Shown here: piece after piece, positions 1 through 8,227 of the stretch
How the letters are laid out: each line of letters starts with the position of its first letter
How positions within the stretch are numbered: position 1 is the first letter of the stretch
Position numbers and translations under genes: made by a program
Notes under the pieces: model-generated
Told to the model about the DNA's origin: nothing
Databases searched by the model: none
The model's input: only the letters and a program-made list of their open reading frames with translations
IMG/VR virus record: IMGVR_UViG_3300050505_000211
DNA from: a virus
Reading direction: 5' to 3' (one strand)
Length of the DNA stretch: 46,896 nucleotides

Positions 1-127
1 AGAAAGGAGCCCTGTGAGAAGAAAAACTTTTCTATCCGCAGTCGCGTTGATGTTCTTTGTCACCGGCTGTGCAGCCACGTCTCAGAACGTGAAGACTGTT
101 GTGTTGCCCACCTCGAACAAGAGCATT
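1..127. repeat. terminal overlap identical to 46770..46896 (circular-contig closure or short terminal redundancy)
   Basis: Read directly: bases 1-127 recur verbatim at 46770-46896, including the RBS and first 38 codons of the lipoprotein ORF. Confidence 0.95.
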
Positions 128-529
128 GATGTTGTGCAACATCGCAGTGACGTGAAGTTCCTCGATTGCGGCACCCTCGTTGTGCTTCAGACGTACGACA
201 GTGCTGGCAAACTTATCGATTCTAAAGATGCCCATGGTGCTGCTTTGCATTGCGGAGCCCTCAATGCAGCCATCGCTGCTGGCGGTCGCGTAGGAGCTGC
301 AGCTGCGGCACAAGCAGCCCGTAGCACTACCAGTAATGTTTTGAGCCAAGGACAGGTGCAGGGGCAGGCCGCTGTGTCAGTGTCCGAAGCCAACGCGCAA
401 GGCGGGGCCGGGGGCAATGGTGGGGCTGGCGGTGCTGGAGGCCATGGCAACAACGGTGGCGGTAATGGCTCTGGCGACGGCACGAATCCCGGCACTGATC
501 ATCACCACGACAACGGCGACAACAACTAA
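14..529 (+). CDS. secreted lipoprotein with Gly/Asn/His-rich C-terminal tail
   Basis: GTG start just after AAAGGAG. N-terminal signal peptide with lipobox FVTG/C. Tail GGAGGNGGAGGAGGHGNNGGGNGSG...HHHDNGDNN. Confidence 0.8.
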   Translation: MRRKTFLSAVALMFFVTGCAATSQNVKTVVLPTSNKSIDVVQHRSDVKFLDCGTLVVLQTYDSAGKLIDSKDAHGAALHCGALNAAIAAGGRVGAAAAAQAARSTTSNVLSQGQVQGQAAVSVSEANAQGGAGGNGGAGGAGGHGNNGGGNGSGDGTNPGTDHHHDNGDNN

Positions 530-559
530 GTAATCCCAAACACAGTAGGAGGTTTTCAT

Positions 560-988
560 ATGGCGTTCAAACGCGGGGGCCATTCTCGCCCTCAATTCAG
601 TATCAGCACGAGCGTGTTCATTCGAAAGGGCAAGTATGCCAAGGGTCCAAGCTTCGGCTTGTGGACTGCTGATAGCGGGCCGGTGGCTCGTGGCTCGGTG
701 AAAGAAGAGTATCTCGACGACCTGATCGAGTTTCTGCGGAAAGCGCAGAAGAACGAGATGGGCGTGTCGTTCGCTCTGTTCAAAAACAAGAGCAAGGGCG
801 AGGACGATGACGGTGAATATCGGAGCAAGCGCAGAGACAGAGACGAGGACGAGGATGGGGATAAGGAAGAGAAGCGCAGCTCTAGGCGTGGTCGCAAAGA
901 AGAGGATGAAGACGAAGACAAAGAAGAGCGCAGCAGCAAGCGCGGCAAGAAAGGCAAGAAGGACGATTGGGACTTCGATAATGACTAA
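560..988 (+). CDS. hypothetical protein with hyper-charged K/R-D/E repeat region and acidic-aromatic C-terminus (possible SSB-like replication accessory protein)
   Basis: ATG after GGAGG. About 77-aa globular N-terminus, then a KEE(K)RSS(R/K)RG(R/K)K-type charged repeat ending DDWDFDND. Stop overlaps the ligase start. Confidence 0.7.
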   Translation: MAFKRGGHSRPQFSISTSVFIRKGKYAKGPSFGLWTADSGPVARGSVKEEYLDDLIEFLRKAQKNEMGVSFALFKNKSKGEDDDGEYRSKRRDRDEDEDGDKEEKRSSRRGRKEEDEDEDKEERSSKRGKKGKKDDWDFDND

Positions 989-1871
989 ACAGTTTCGTCC
1001 CATGTTGGCAGTGGAGGCGGATGTTAACAGCATCCGCTTCCCTGTCTTCGTGAGCCCAAAGCTGGACGGTATCCGGCTTGTGTGGAAAGACCACAACCTT
1101 CGCACGCGGAGCCTTAAAAAGCTGCCCAACATCTACTTGAGAGAAAAGCTTGCAGAGATTCTTCACTACACCCCTGACCTCGATGGCGAGGTAATTGTTG
1201 GGGAGCCCACGGGGGAAGGAGTGTTTCGGCGCACGGAAAGCGCTGTGATGCGCAAGGAAGGTGCGCCTGATTACACCTACCACGTTTTCGACACCATCAA
1301 TAAGCACGGGTTTGTGCATCGAATGTACGAGTATAAAGCCTTGGTGAAATTGATTGACCGTCAACGCGTGAAGATTGTGCCCCAAAGCCACTGCCTCGAT
1401 AGACACGAGCTTGACACTGTAGAACGAGACTACCTCGCTCTTGGCTATGAAGGTGTGATGATTCGATCGGTGGATGGCCCCTACAAGTGTGGACGGAGCA
1501 CGTTGAAGGAAGGCTACTTGCTAAAGCTCAAGCGCTTTAAAGACGCGGAAGCAATGATCATCGGCTACTACCCCAAGATGCATAACGGCAATGAAGCCAC
1601 CGAAGATGAACGTGGCTACACTAAGCGTTCGTCGCACAAGGCGAACAAGGTGGAGATGGGTACGCTCGGGAAGCTGCTTGTGGTGTCCGATGATTTCAAA
1701 GAGCCCTTCTGCATTGGCACAGGATTCGATGATGGGATGCGCTATCACATCTGGCATTCCCAAGAGGAATGTCTCGGGCAGCTGGTGAAATTCAAATACC
1801 AAGACTACGGCATCAAAGACAAGCCTCGGTCGCCTGTGTTTCTTGGCTTCCGAGACGAAAGGGATCTGTGA
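981..1871 (+). CDS. ATP-dependent DNA ligase (small phage/Chlorella-virus type)
   Basis: Adenylation motif SPKLDGIR (KxDG). Size ~296 aa from the ATG at 981, which overlaps the upstream stop (ATGACTAA). Sits in the replication module. Confidence 0.9.
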   Translation: MTKQFRPMLAVEADVNSIRFPVFVSPKLDGIRLVWKDHNLRTRSLKKLPNIYLREKLAEILHYTPDLDGEVIVGEPTGEGVFRRTESAVMRKEGAPDYTYHVFDTINKHGFVHRMYEYKALVKLIDRQRVKIVPQSHCLDRHELDTVERDYLALGYEGVMIRSVDGPYKCGRSTLKEGYLLKLKRFKDAEAMIIGYYPKMHNGNEATEDERGYTKRSSHKANKVEMGTLGKLLVVSDDFKEPFCIGTGFDDGMRYHIWHSQEECLGQLVKFKYQDYGIKDKPRSPVFLGFRDERDL

Positions 1872-1891
1872 AAATCGAACGCAGTGAAAAG

Positions 1892-2578
1892 ATGGAGCGC
1901 AAGATACTCGACAAGATGAAGGCCTACCTGTCTCGTGCTCCTCGAAGCCAGGACAAGTGGCATGTGTCTGATCTCTTGTATCCACGGAAAGCCGTGCTGC
2001 AAAGGGTGGACCCACAGCCAATGACGGACCTGCAAGCAATGTACTTCATCGCGGGAAGAGCGCACCACGGCATCCTCGAAGCATGTCTTGGGCCAAGGAA
2101 GAAGCCTGGGGAAAAGAGAGCTGATGCCGGGGAATACACGAAGCACAACATCTACTACTCCCCTGACCTGCGCATGCCTTACCCGTGGGAAATCAAAACG
2201 AGCCGCAGCGAGTATACGCCTCGGGCGGACAACCTAGCGAAGGGCTTCGAGGGCTACCTTAAGCAGCTAAGCCAATACCAAGCGTGCATGGAAGACGACC
2301 GTGGTGGGCTGCTGGTGTTCTATCTCGGGCTCAAGAATGGCCGATGGAAGAAGCCTGCGATTCGTTTCTACAAGGTGCTGATGAATGCCAAGGAGCGGGC
2401 AGCCAAGATTCTGTGGATGAAGAAGGTAGCCGCTTTGATGACGAAAGCACAGAAAACAAAGAACGTGTCGAAGCTGGAGCTGTGTCCAAAGTTCATGTGT
2501 TACGAGTGCCCTTGGTATAAAGAGAAATGCCAGCCGTGGAAGACGGATGCTGACCGGAGAGGGATGCAAGAGGAATGA
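1892..2578 (+). CDS. PD-(D/E)XK nuclease, Cas4/RecB-like, with C-terminal Cys4 cluster
   Basis: SPDL...WEIKTS (D...ExK) and QLSQY motifs. C-terminal C-x4-C-x2-C-x6-C. Alternative GTG start at 1868 overlapping the ligase stop. Confidence 0.75.
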   Translation: MERKILDKMKAYLSRAPRSQDKWHVSDLLYPRKAVLQRVDPQPMTDLQAMYFIAGRAHHGILEACLGPRKKPGEKRADAGEYTKHNIYYSPDLRMPYPWEIKTSRSEYTPRADNLAKGFEGYLKQLSQYQACMEDDRGGLLVFYLGLKNGRWKKPAIRFYKVLMNAKERAAKILWMKKVAALMTKAQKTKNVSKLELCPKFMCYECPWYKEKCQPWKTDADRRGMQEE

Positions 2579-3720
2579 AGATCAAACTAGCAGCTGATCT
2601 TGAGAAAGCGCTGCTACTGTCGATCGCCAAAGGGGTGTCCAAACCGGACGTTGTTGAAGCAGAGGAGCTATCGAAGATTGCGAGACAAACATATGAAAGC
2701 ATCTGTCACCTACTTAAGCGAAGGGTGCAGCCTCCCCTCAAGCCCGACAGTATCCTGCTTACGGCGCAGTCGTTGTTCGGTGTAGATAAGGAAGAGTTTA
2801 AGACTTATCTCCGCACCTTCAAGGATCTGGATGTTGGATCTGAAATATCGGAGATCGCCCGCGCAGCTCGTGAGAAGCAGCTACTTGTACGCCTAATAAA
2901 CGAAGCAGGTCAGCAGCTGTCTAAGGGGCACTTGGACCCTCGGGAGCTAGCGAGGCTAATGGAGGCAAACGGTGCGTCACCATCGTCCATCAAAGCATTG
3001 GCCTTGTCGGTGCAAGATAAGTTTCCGACAACTCCAACTGGAATCCCCGTGGAGTCTCTCCCCATTATTAGTGAGGTTGCCAACGGACTCATCGGTGTGT
3101 GGATTGTCGGGGGTGAGCCAGGTCTTGGGAAGAGCACACTTGCTTTCCAGCTTGCCCTTGATGCTGCGCGATACATCCCGGTTATCTACTACGATCTCGA
3201 TGGTACTGGACACGTCTGGTTGCTCGATCGTGTTAGGAGCATCTGCCTCGGAGATATTAAAACATTTCGAAAACTTACTCGCCAATTTTACCTACGAGAG
3301 ACTATCCACTCCCTGGACGATGACATCGCGACGATTCGTAAAGAACATGACGGAGAAATCCTCGTCGTCATCGATTCGCTCCAAACTCTTCCGACGAGCA
3401 TCAAGTACAAAAAGGAAAGTCTTGACTCGTGGATCAACAGGTTCAAGCAGCTCACGAAGCAGAACATTGTCATCATAGCCGTGTCAGAACAAAACAGAGC
3501 GAACTATGGGGAAGCTCGCATGGCCGGGTTCAAAGGGAGTGGCGACATAGAGTATGCGGGGAGCCTCTGCATACAGCTGCTGCAGGACGATGATGCGGAT
3601 GAACAAGATCCTGTTCATTTGTGGGTGGTGAAGAATAGACACGGGAAACGCAAGGGTCACATTTGTGACCTTGTGCGAAACAAGAGGAAAGTTTTTTGGT
3701 TCGACGAAGAGGAAGCATGA
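2575..3720 (+). CDS. DnaB-like replicative helicase / RecA-fold ATPase
   Basis: Walker A GEPGLGKST and Walker B-like VVIDSLQ. DnaB C-terminal-like SEQNRANYG...FKGSGDIEYAGS. ATGA overlap with the upstream gene. Confidence 0.8.
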   Translation: MKIKLAADLEKALLLSIAKGVSKPDVVEAEELSKIARQTYESICHLLKRRVQPPLKPDSILLTAQSLFGVDKEEFKTYLRTFKDLDVGSEISEIARAAREKQLLVRLINEAGQQLSKGHLDPRELARLMEANGASPSSIKALALSVQDKFPTTPTGIPVESLPIISEVANGLIGVWIVGGEPGLGKSTLAFQLALDAARYIPVIYYDLDGTGHVWLLDRVRSICLGDIKTFRKLTRQFYLRETIHSLDDDIATIRKEHDGEILVVIDSLQTLPTSIKYKKESLDSWINRFKQLTKQNIVIIAVSEQNRANYGEARMAGFKGSGDIEYAGSLCIQLLQDDDADEQDPVHLWVVKNRHGKRKGHICDLVRNKRKVFWFDEEEA

Positions 3721-4118
3721 AACGCGGTTGGAACATTGGACAAGTGGTGAACACTGCAACGTGGGCAGGAAATCGAGAAGAAAGGAAACAATCTATGGGT
3801 TACGACATACCGAAAGATCATCACACGGGAGGCGCAAGCCTCCATCATTCTCAACAGTCGATAGACAGATTCACTGGCCCAAAGGATACCCGCTTTGAGA
3901 GAGCATTTGCTGAAGTGCGGGATGAGCTACAGCTAGCCACAATGAAGTTTGGAAGTTTCGCCTCGGCTCATGAGGGCTACGCCGTGCTGCTCGAAGAAGT
4001 GGACGAGCTGTGGGACGAAGTGAAGAAGAACCAAAACATCCGTTCCATTGAACATCTTCGGCAGGAAGCTAAGCAAGTGGCCGCTATGGCTCTGCGCTTT
4101 ATGATCGATCTTACGTGA
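3717..4118 (+). CDS. MazG-like all-alpha nucleoside-triphosphate pyrophosphohydrolase (putative)
   Basis: HEGYAVLLEEVDELWDEV motif typical of MazG-like NTP-PPases. ATGA overlap with the helicase stop. Confidence 0.6.
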   Translation: MKRGWNIGQVVNTATWAGNREERKQSMGYDIPKDHHTGGASLHHSQQSIDRFTGPKDTRFERAFAEVRDELQLATMKFGSFASAHEGYAVLLEEVDELWDEVKKNQNIRSIEHLRQEAKQVAAMALRFMIDLT

Positions 4119-4498
4119 AGGTAGGCCTCAAGACGTGGGTGATTTGGGCTCTCCGCAAAGCATCCTACCGCTGGCCCCCACGACAGCAAGCCCTGAGAGA
4201 TGCCGCAGCCACGAAGGAAGATTTCAAGAAGTATGGCTGTGAGAAAGTATCCAAGCTCGTTCGCAATTTCTATTGGTGCAAAAAGTGCCAAGGAGTGTTC
4301 AGCAGGAAAGGAGTGTCCATAGATCATGTGCAGCCTGTCGTAGACCCACGAGAGGGCTGGCAAGGGTTCGATGAATTTATCCGGCGAATGTTCTGTGACG
4401 CAAGTGGGTTCCAAATTCTTTGTGGCAGTTGTCACGACACGAAGACACAGCAAGAGAACAAGGTGCGAAGAGAATACCGGAAAAGGAGAACTGCGTGA
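4115..4498 (+). CDS. HNH endonuclease
   Basis: C..C...IDHV...CGSCHDTK pattern (HNH/zinc). GTGA overlap with the upstream gene. Confidence 0.8.
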   Translation: MKVGLKTWVIWALRKASYRWPPRQQALRDAAATKEDFKKYGCEKVSKLVRNFYWCKKCQGVFSRKGVSIDHVQPVVDPREGWQGFDEFIRRMFCDASGFQILCGSCHDTKTQQENKVRREYRKRRTA

Positions 4499-4614
4499 GA
4501 CAAGCAAATCAGGAGAAGCCTCGCCAGTGTGAACATTGCGGGGAAAAAATACACACCACAGCGAAAGGAATTAAAGAGCACGCGGAGAAGTGCAAGGTGA
4601 AAAAGAATGGCTAA
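4495..4614 (+). CDS. small C2HC zinc-finger protein (39 aa)
   Basis: GTG overlapping the upstream TGA. CEHC-x13-H-x3-C motif. Its 3' end overlaps the next ATG. Confidence 0.4.
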   Translation: MRQANQEKPRQCEHCGEKIHTTAKGIKEHAEKCKVKKNG

Positions 4615-5308
4615 ACCGCGAATCCTCTTCTTCGACTTAGAGACAGCAGGCGTGAATGCGCTGAAGGCAGACTTAGGCTTCATTCTCATGGTGGGCTACA
4701 AGTGGGCTGGCCAGAAAGATGCCCATGTACTCACCATCAAGAAGAAGCACCTAAAGCACTTCGATGACGGTCCTCTGTGTACACAGTTCTCTAAGATGTA
4801 TGCAAAGGCCGACTTGGTGGTGGCTCACTTCGGCTCCGTCTTCGACCGGCGCATGTTTCAGGGAAGGCTCCTCATTCACCAGCTGCCTCCCATACCGCCT
4901 ACGATCATGCGAGACACATGCATGATCACCCGCAGCGTAGCCAACTTTAGCAGCAACAGGTTGAAGAACCTGGGCGATACTCTGCAGCTGAAGAACAGGA
5001 AGATTGACAAGGGGGATGGCTGGCCTCGGTGGTGGTTCAAAGCGATGCAGGGAGACATGAAAGAGCTGCGAGCTATGGCCGACTACTGCAAGGGTGACGT
5101 GCTTGCCTTGGAAGAACTGTACTACCGGCTCCGTCCCTTCGATCAGTCGCATCCCCGCCTCCATAGCGACCGCACGCTATGTGGCAGCTGTGGTGCGGCC
5201 ACCATCCGGCAAGGTTATCGCCACACGAAGGAACGTCGTTACGTTCGCTATCAGTGTGCTAATGCCCTTTGCGGAAAGTGGGGGCAGAAAGGATTGAACG
5301 CAGCATGA
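4607..5308 (+). CDS. DnaQ/PolB-exo-like 3'-5' exonuclease with C-terminal zinc ribbon
   Basis: Exo motifs FFDLET, HFGSVFD and YCKGD. C-terminal CGSC...CANALC. Confidence 0.8.
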   Translation: MAKPRILFFDLETAGVNALKADLGFILMVGYKWAGQKDAHVLTIKKKHLKHFDDGPLCTQFSKMYAKADLVVAHFGSVFDRRMFQGRLLIHQLPPIPPTIMRDTCMITRSVANFSSNRLKNLGDTLQLKNRKIDKGDGWPRWWFKAMQGDMKELRAMADYCKGDVLALEELYYRLRPFDQSHPRLHSDRTLCGSCGAATIRQGYRHTKERRYVRYQCANALCGKWGQKGLNAA

Positions 5309-5351
5309 AGGTTTATTCTGGAGCCAATTTAACAACAATAGGTTGTTTATT

Positions 5352-5585
5352 ATGAACCCCGTGTCTTGGCATACCTGCTCCCATTGTGCATTCCAAAGCT
5401 TCTGCAGCAACGAGAAGTGGCGTGAGCATGAGGAAGATTGTCCTAAGCGGCCCTCTCTTAAGAGAGCGACGACAAAACCTTGCCCTAAGTGTGGAGAGCC
5501 GTTGGTGGTGCTGAAGGATAGAAGCGGGGTGATTTGTTCGAACACCACTTGCCCTTACGGGCTTGGGCTGTTGAGGGATGCATGA
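5352..5585 (+). CDS. small zinc-finger protein (C2HC plus zinc ribbon)
   Basis: CSHC-x13-H-x3-C followed by CPKC...C-x4-C. An alternative TTG start lies at 5343. Confidence 0.65.
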   Translation: MNPVSWHTCSHCAFQSFCSNEKWREHEEDCPKRPSLKRATTKPCPKCGEPLVVLKDRSGVICSNTTCPYGLGLLRDA

Positions 5586-5722
5586 ACGACTTCGTGCCTC
5601 TTCTCCTCGCGGTGGAATCCATGGTGGGAATGGTGATTGATCTCTACAACAACAACTATAGTCGCGCTGTTTATTGGTTTGGCGCGGCTATCATCAACGC
5701 ATCGTTGACGAGGTTACATTGA
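5582..5722 (+). CDS. small hydrophobic protein (46 aa)
   Basis: ATG overlaps the upstream TGA (ATGA). Hydrophobic segments FVPLLLAVESMVGMVI and YWFGAAII. Confidence 0.45.
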   Translation: MNDFVPLLLAVESMVGMVIDLYNNNYSRAVYWFGAAIINASLTRLH

Positions 5723-5789
5723 AGACCAAATCTGAAACAAGAAAGGGCGACAGCATAAAGACCTTAAAGAAGAAAGGAACAAAGAAGAA

Positions 5790-6365
5790 GTGAAGACGAT
5801 TTTATTTGATGTGGACGGTGTGCTGGCTGACTTTGTGCTTGGATTCACAAAGCTACTTACGCCGAATCCCTTTGGCACTAGAGAGAACACGTGCGCTTGG
5901 AATTTCAAAGACACATTCTCCATTATCGATATAGAAAGTGCTTGGCGTATTGTCGAGAAGAGCATTGATTGGTGGACGACTCTCAATCGACTTACTTCAC
6001 TTGACACGTTTGAACGTATCAACCGTCTGCATGATTATCACACGGTTGTATTTGGAACTCACCGCAAAGGCACTCCTTCGGCGCAAGGACAGACACATGT
6101 GTGGCTCCAAGCTCAGGGTATCGAGAATCCCAATGTAATCTGCACTAAGTATAAAGGGGAAGCCGCGAAGGTGATTCAGGCACACTACGCCATTGATGAC
6201 AAGCCTGAGAATTGCATGGCGATAAAATGGATGACTGACGACACGAAGGTGCCGACGAAGACCTACATCCTTGACTCTCTCACCAATCGTGTGACTCTTC
6301 CCAAGGCGATACGCCGAGTGCAGACAGTGGACGAGTTTTTAGATGACGTGGAGGCAGGCCGGTGA
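5790..6365 (+). CDS. HAD-family 5'(3')-deoxyribonucleotidase (NT5C-like)
   Basis: N-terminal ILFDVDGVLADF (DxDG HAD motif I, as in NT5C enzymes). Later IDDKPEN. GTG start after AAAGGA. Confidence 0.8.
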   Translation: MKTILFDVDGVLADFVLGFTKLLTPNPFGTRENTCAWNFKDTFSIIDIESAWRIVEKSIDWWTTLNRLTSLDTFERINRLHDYHTVVFGTHRKGTPSAQGQTHVWLQAQGIENPNVICTKYKGEAAKVIQAHYAIDDKPENCMAIKWMTDDTKVPTKTYILDSLTNRVTLPKAIRRVQTVDEFLDDVEAGR

Positions 6366-6448
6366 TGCAAAAGATCATTATCGGCCCCCTACCTATCGCC
6401 ATTGTGTTATCTGCAATTGCTATCATCGCGATACTTTTCTGGTTGTGA
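6365..6448 (+). CDS. tiny membrane peptide (27 aa)
   Basis: ATG overlaps the upstream TGA. MQKIIIGPLPIAIVLSAIAIIAILFWL is a single TM helix. Confidence 0.35.
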   Translation: MQKIIIGPLPIAIVLSAIAIIAILFWL

Positions 6449-6509
6449 CTTGAAGTGGAGAATATGCGGGAGTTTGTGAATAGACTACTTCCAAGAAAGG
6501 GGAAACAAA

Positions 6510-6923
6510 TTGAAGTATCGAGAGCTGTTAGAAAAGCTTGATGCTGCCCGAGTGTACCTTACTGAGGTAGCGGGCACAGTGAAAGAAGATCCGGCCCTCT
6601 TGGATCAGCTCAACGAAGCACGCACGGAGCTGAGAGCGTCATATGGCAAGACGTTGGACGCCGTGGTGGGCGAGGATAATGAGTTTGCAAAGGAGCTGCT
6701 AGAGTGGATTGCTTTGGTGCCCGTGCCTGCAACGATCGAAGACCTTGCGGCCTGTGTGCCCCAAGAGGCCGAGGACGTACGGCCTCCTCTTCCCTCGGGT
6801 TCACGCACGATAGAAAGAGCTGACGGCGAGGGACGCATGGTGGTGTTTCCACGCGAAGAGCCGTTTGTGGTAAAGGCTCCTGTGCTGGAGGAGGCAGATG
6901 AAGACACAGTGGGGAAGGATTAA
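6510..6923 (+). CDS. hypothetical acidic protein
   Basis: TTG start after AAAGGGG. The ORF fills the interval and its stop overlaps the next ATG (TAATG). Confidence 0.65.
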   Translation: MKYRELLEKLDAARVYLTEVAGTVKEDPALLDQLNEARTELRASYGKTLDAVVGEDNEFAKELLEWIALVPVPATIEDLAACVPQEAEDVRPPLPSGSRTIERADGEGRMVVFPREEPFVVKAPVLEEADEDTVGKD

Positions 6924-7465
6924 TGAGCACAATAAGAACACATCCCTTTTTGTCCCAAATAGATCATCCCCACGATTGCCAAGTGTGTGGATATGAGGAA
7001 CACGAACATGCGTTGTCGGTTAGCTCTAGCGTGGTGAAGGAGTCGAATCCGAAAGACGCCGTGGGTATTGAGAAGACGCCCTTCAGCACACTCCCCTTCC
7101 CGGTGATAGCGGAGCTAGGTGTGGCCTTGCTTGAAGGTGCGTTGAAATATGGCCGACACAACTACAGAGCTATCGGGGTGCGGGCTAGCGTGTATGTCGA
7201 TGCCACGCTCCGGCATGTGGGCAGCTTTTGGGAAGGCGAGAATGTAGACCCTGACAGCGGCCTCTCTCATGTTACAAAAGCCATCGCCTCTCTTGTTGTG
7301 CTCCGCGACGCAATGATTCGAAACAAGATGGTGGACGATAGGCCAGTTGGCACCATGGGGTTCTTTGCCAAGCTGAACGTGAAGGTGAAGGAGCTGCTGG
7401 CACGGTATCCAGAGCCCAAGGCCCCGTTCTTAGCCGACAGGGAGCCCGATCAGTACACAGAATAG
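6923..7465 (+). CDS. DUF5664-type dATP/dGTP diphosphohydrolase-like protein (MazZ-like family)
   Basis: LLEGALKYGRHNYR...ATLRHVGSFWEGENVDPDSGLSHVTKA resembles the phage DUF5664/MazZ N-terminal domain. Confidence 0.6.
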   Translation: MSTIRTHPFLSQIDHPHDCQVCGYEEHEHALSVSSSVVKESNPKDAVGIEKTPFSTLPFPVIAELGVALLEGALKYGRHNYRAIGVRASVYVDATLRHVGSFWEGENVDPDSGLSHVTKAIASLVVLRDAMIRNKMVDDRPVGTMGFFAKLNVKVKELLARYPEPKAPFLADREPDQYTE

Positions 7466-7466
7466 G

Positions 7467-7489
7467 CCGGGCGCAGGCTACGCGCCTGG
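7467..7489 (+). terminator. GC-rich hairpin immediately after the stop codon (no U-tract)
   Basis: ccgggcgc-aggctac-gcgcctgg forms an 8-bp stem including one G-U pair. Confidence 0.25.
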
Positions 7490-7571
7490 GGGTAGGCAGC
7501 ACGATCTACAAGGGGCCATGGCCTTGGGTAGGGTGGTATTTGTAAGTGGTTGAAAAGAAAGGAAATTGGGA

Positions 7572-8003
7572 ATGACGATCGCACACGAGAAAACGAAGGA
7601 AAAACACAGGGTTGGCTTACTGGAGCAGTTAGGAGAGGATCAGCGGGGAGTGCAAGTTCACCCTCGGGTCACCACGCGGGAGTGGTTAAAGCGCTACCGG
7701 GCTCAAGGGCTACCTGGAGCCAAGCTGTTTCGAAGGAAGCAGCGCATTGCACAGCTCGAAGGAGAACGAGATTTCTTTTTCCGTATGGTGCAGAACTCAG
7801 CGAAGAACTTAGTGCAGGCGAACAACATCATCAAGGATCTGATCAACGAATCGAACTTTGCTGGTCACTACACCGGAGAGGCCGAAGAAGCCAAACTTGA
7901 GATGGTTGAGTGGGTAGCGGACGATGACGTGCTTGAGAAAGGCCGGAAATGGCTGAAACAGTTTGCCGGACAGCAGCCTCAGTCTTCATCATCCTCCAGC
8001 TGA
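7572..8003 (+). CDS. hypothetical protein (last gene of plus-strand arm)
   Basis: ATG at 7572 (TTG at 7566). Helical/coiled-coil-like composition, more protein-like than the overlapping 7550 frame. Confidence 0.6.
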   Translation: MTIAHEKTKEKHRVGLLEQLGEDQRGVQVHPRVTTREWLKRYRAQGLPGAKLFRRKQRIAQLEGERDFFFRMVQNSAKNLVQANNIIKDLINESNFAGHYTGEAEEAKLEMVEWVADDDVLEKGRKWLKQFAGQQPQSSSSSS

Positions 8004-8227
8004 TCTGCAATATTTAACACTACTCCCGCCTCCTGCTCCAGTCGTCTGAGTCGCTTCTTTAGGTGACTCAGGTGATTGGAGCGCATCGTTTTCATCTCCT
8101 CTTTAAACTCTGCTCGAAGCGTGCGGTAGACCCAGGCTGTGAAGCCTATTGCAGTCGCCCACATTGTTCCTACAACGCCTATCAGAAATTGCATCGAGAC
8201 GTTGATGATTGTTATTTCCTGCATCAC
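7979..8227 (-). CDS. membrane protein (N-terminal TM plus coiled coil), last gene of late arm
   Basis: TM segment FLIGVVGTMWATAIGFTAWVY. ATGA overlap with the upstream 719-aa gene. Confidence 0.65.
   Translation of the reverse strand: MMQEITIINVSMQFLIGVVGTMWATAIGFTAWVYRTLRAEFKEEMKTMRSNHLSHLKKRLRRLEQEAGVVLNIADQLEDDED

Noticed and set aside
6923-7465. Possible diaminopurine (Z-genome) system, because a MazZ-like DUF5664 protein is present.
   Set aside because: No PurZ (adenylosuccinate-synthetase-like) or DatZ (HD dATPase) candidate ORF exists anywhere in the genome. DUF5664 proteins are also common in ordinary phages.
7550-7900. Alternative 116-aa ORF overlapping 7572-8003 in another frame.
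   Set aside because: Its Arg/Ser/Gly-rich composition is not protein-like. The 7572 frame has helical, balanced composition and a closer RBS.
7979-8003. 25-bp overlap of the convergent 3' ends of the two arms, considered as a bidirectional terminator.
   Set aside because: No inverted repeat is visible there. The overlap simply encodes SSSSSS on one strand and EDDED on the other, so one or both C-termini may be fortuitous extensions.
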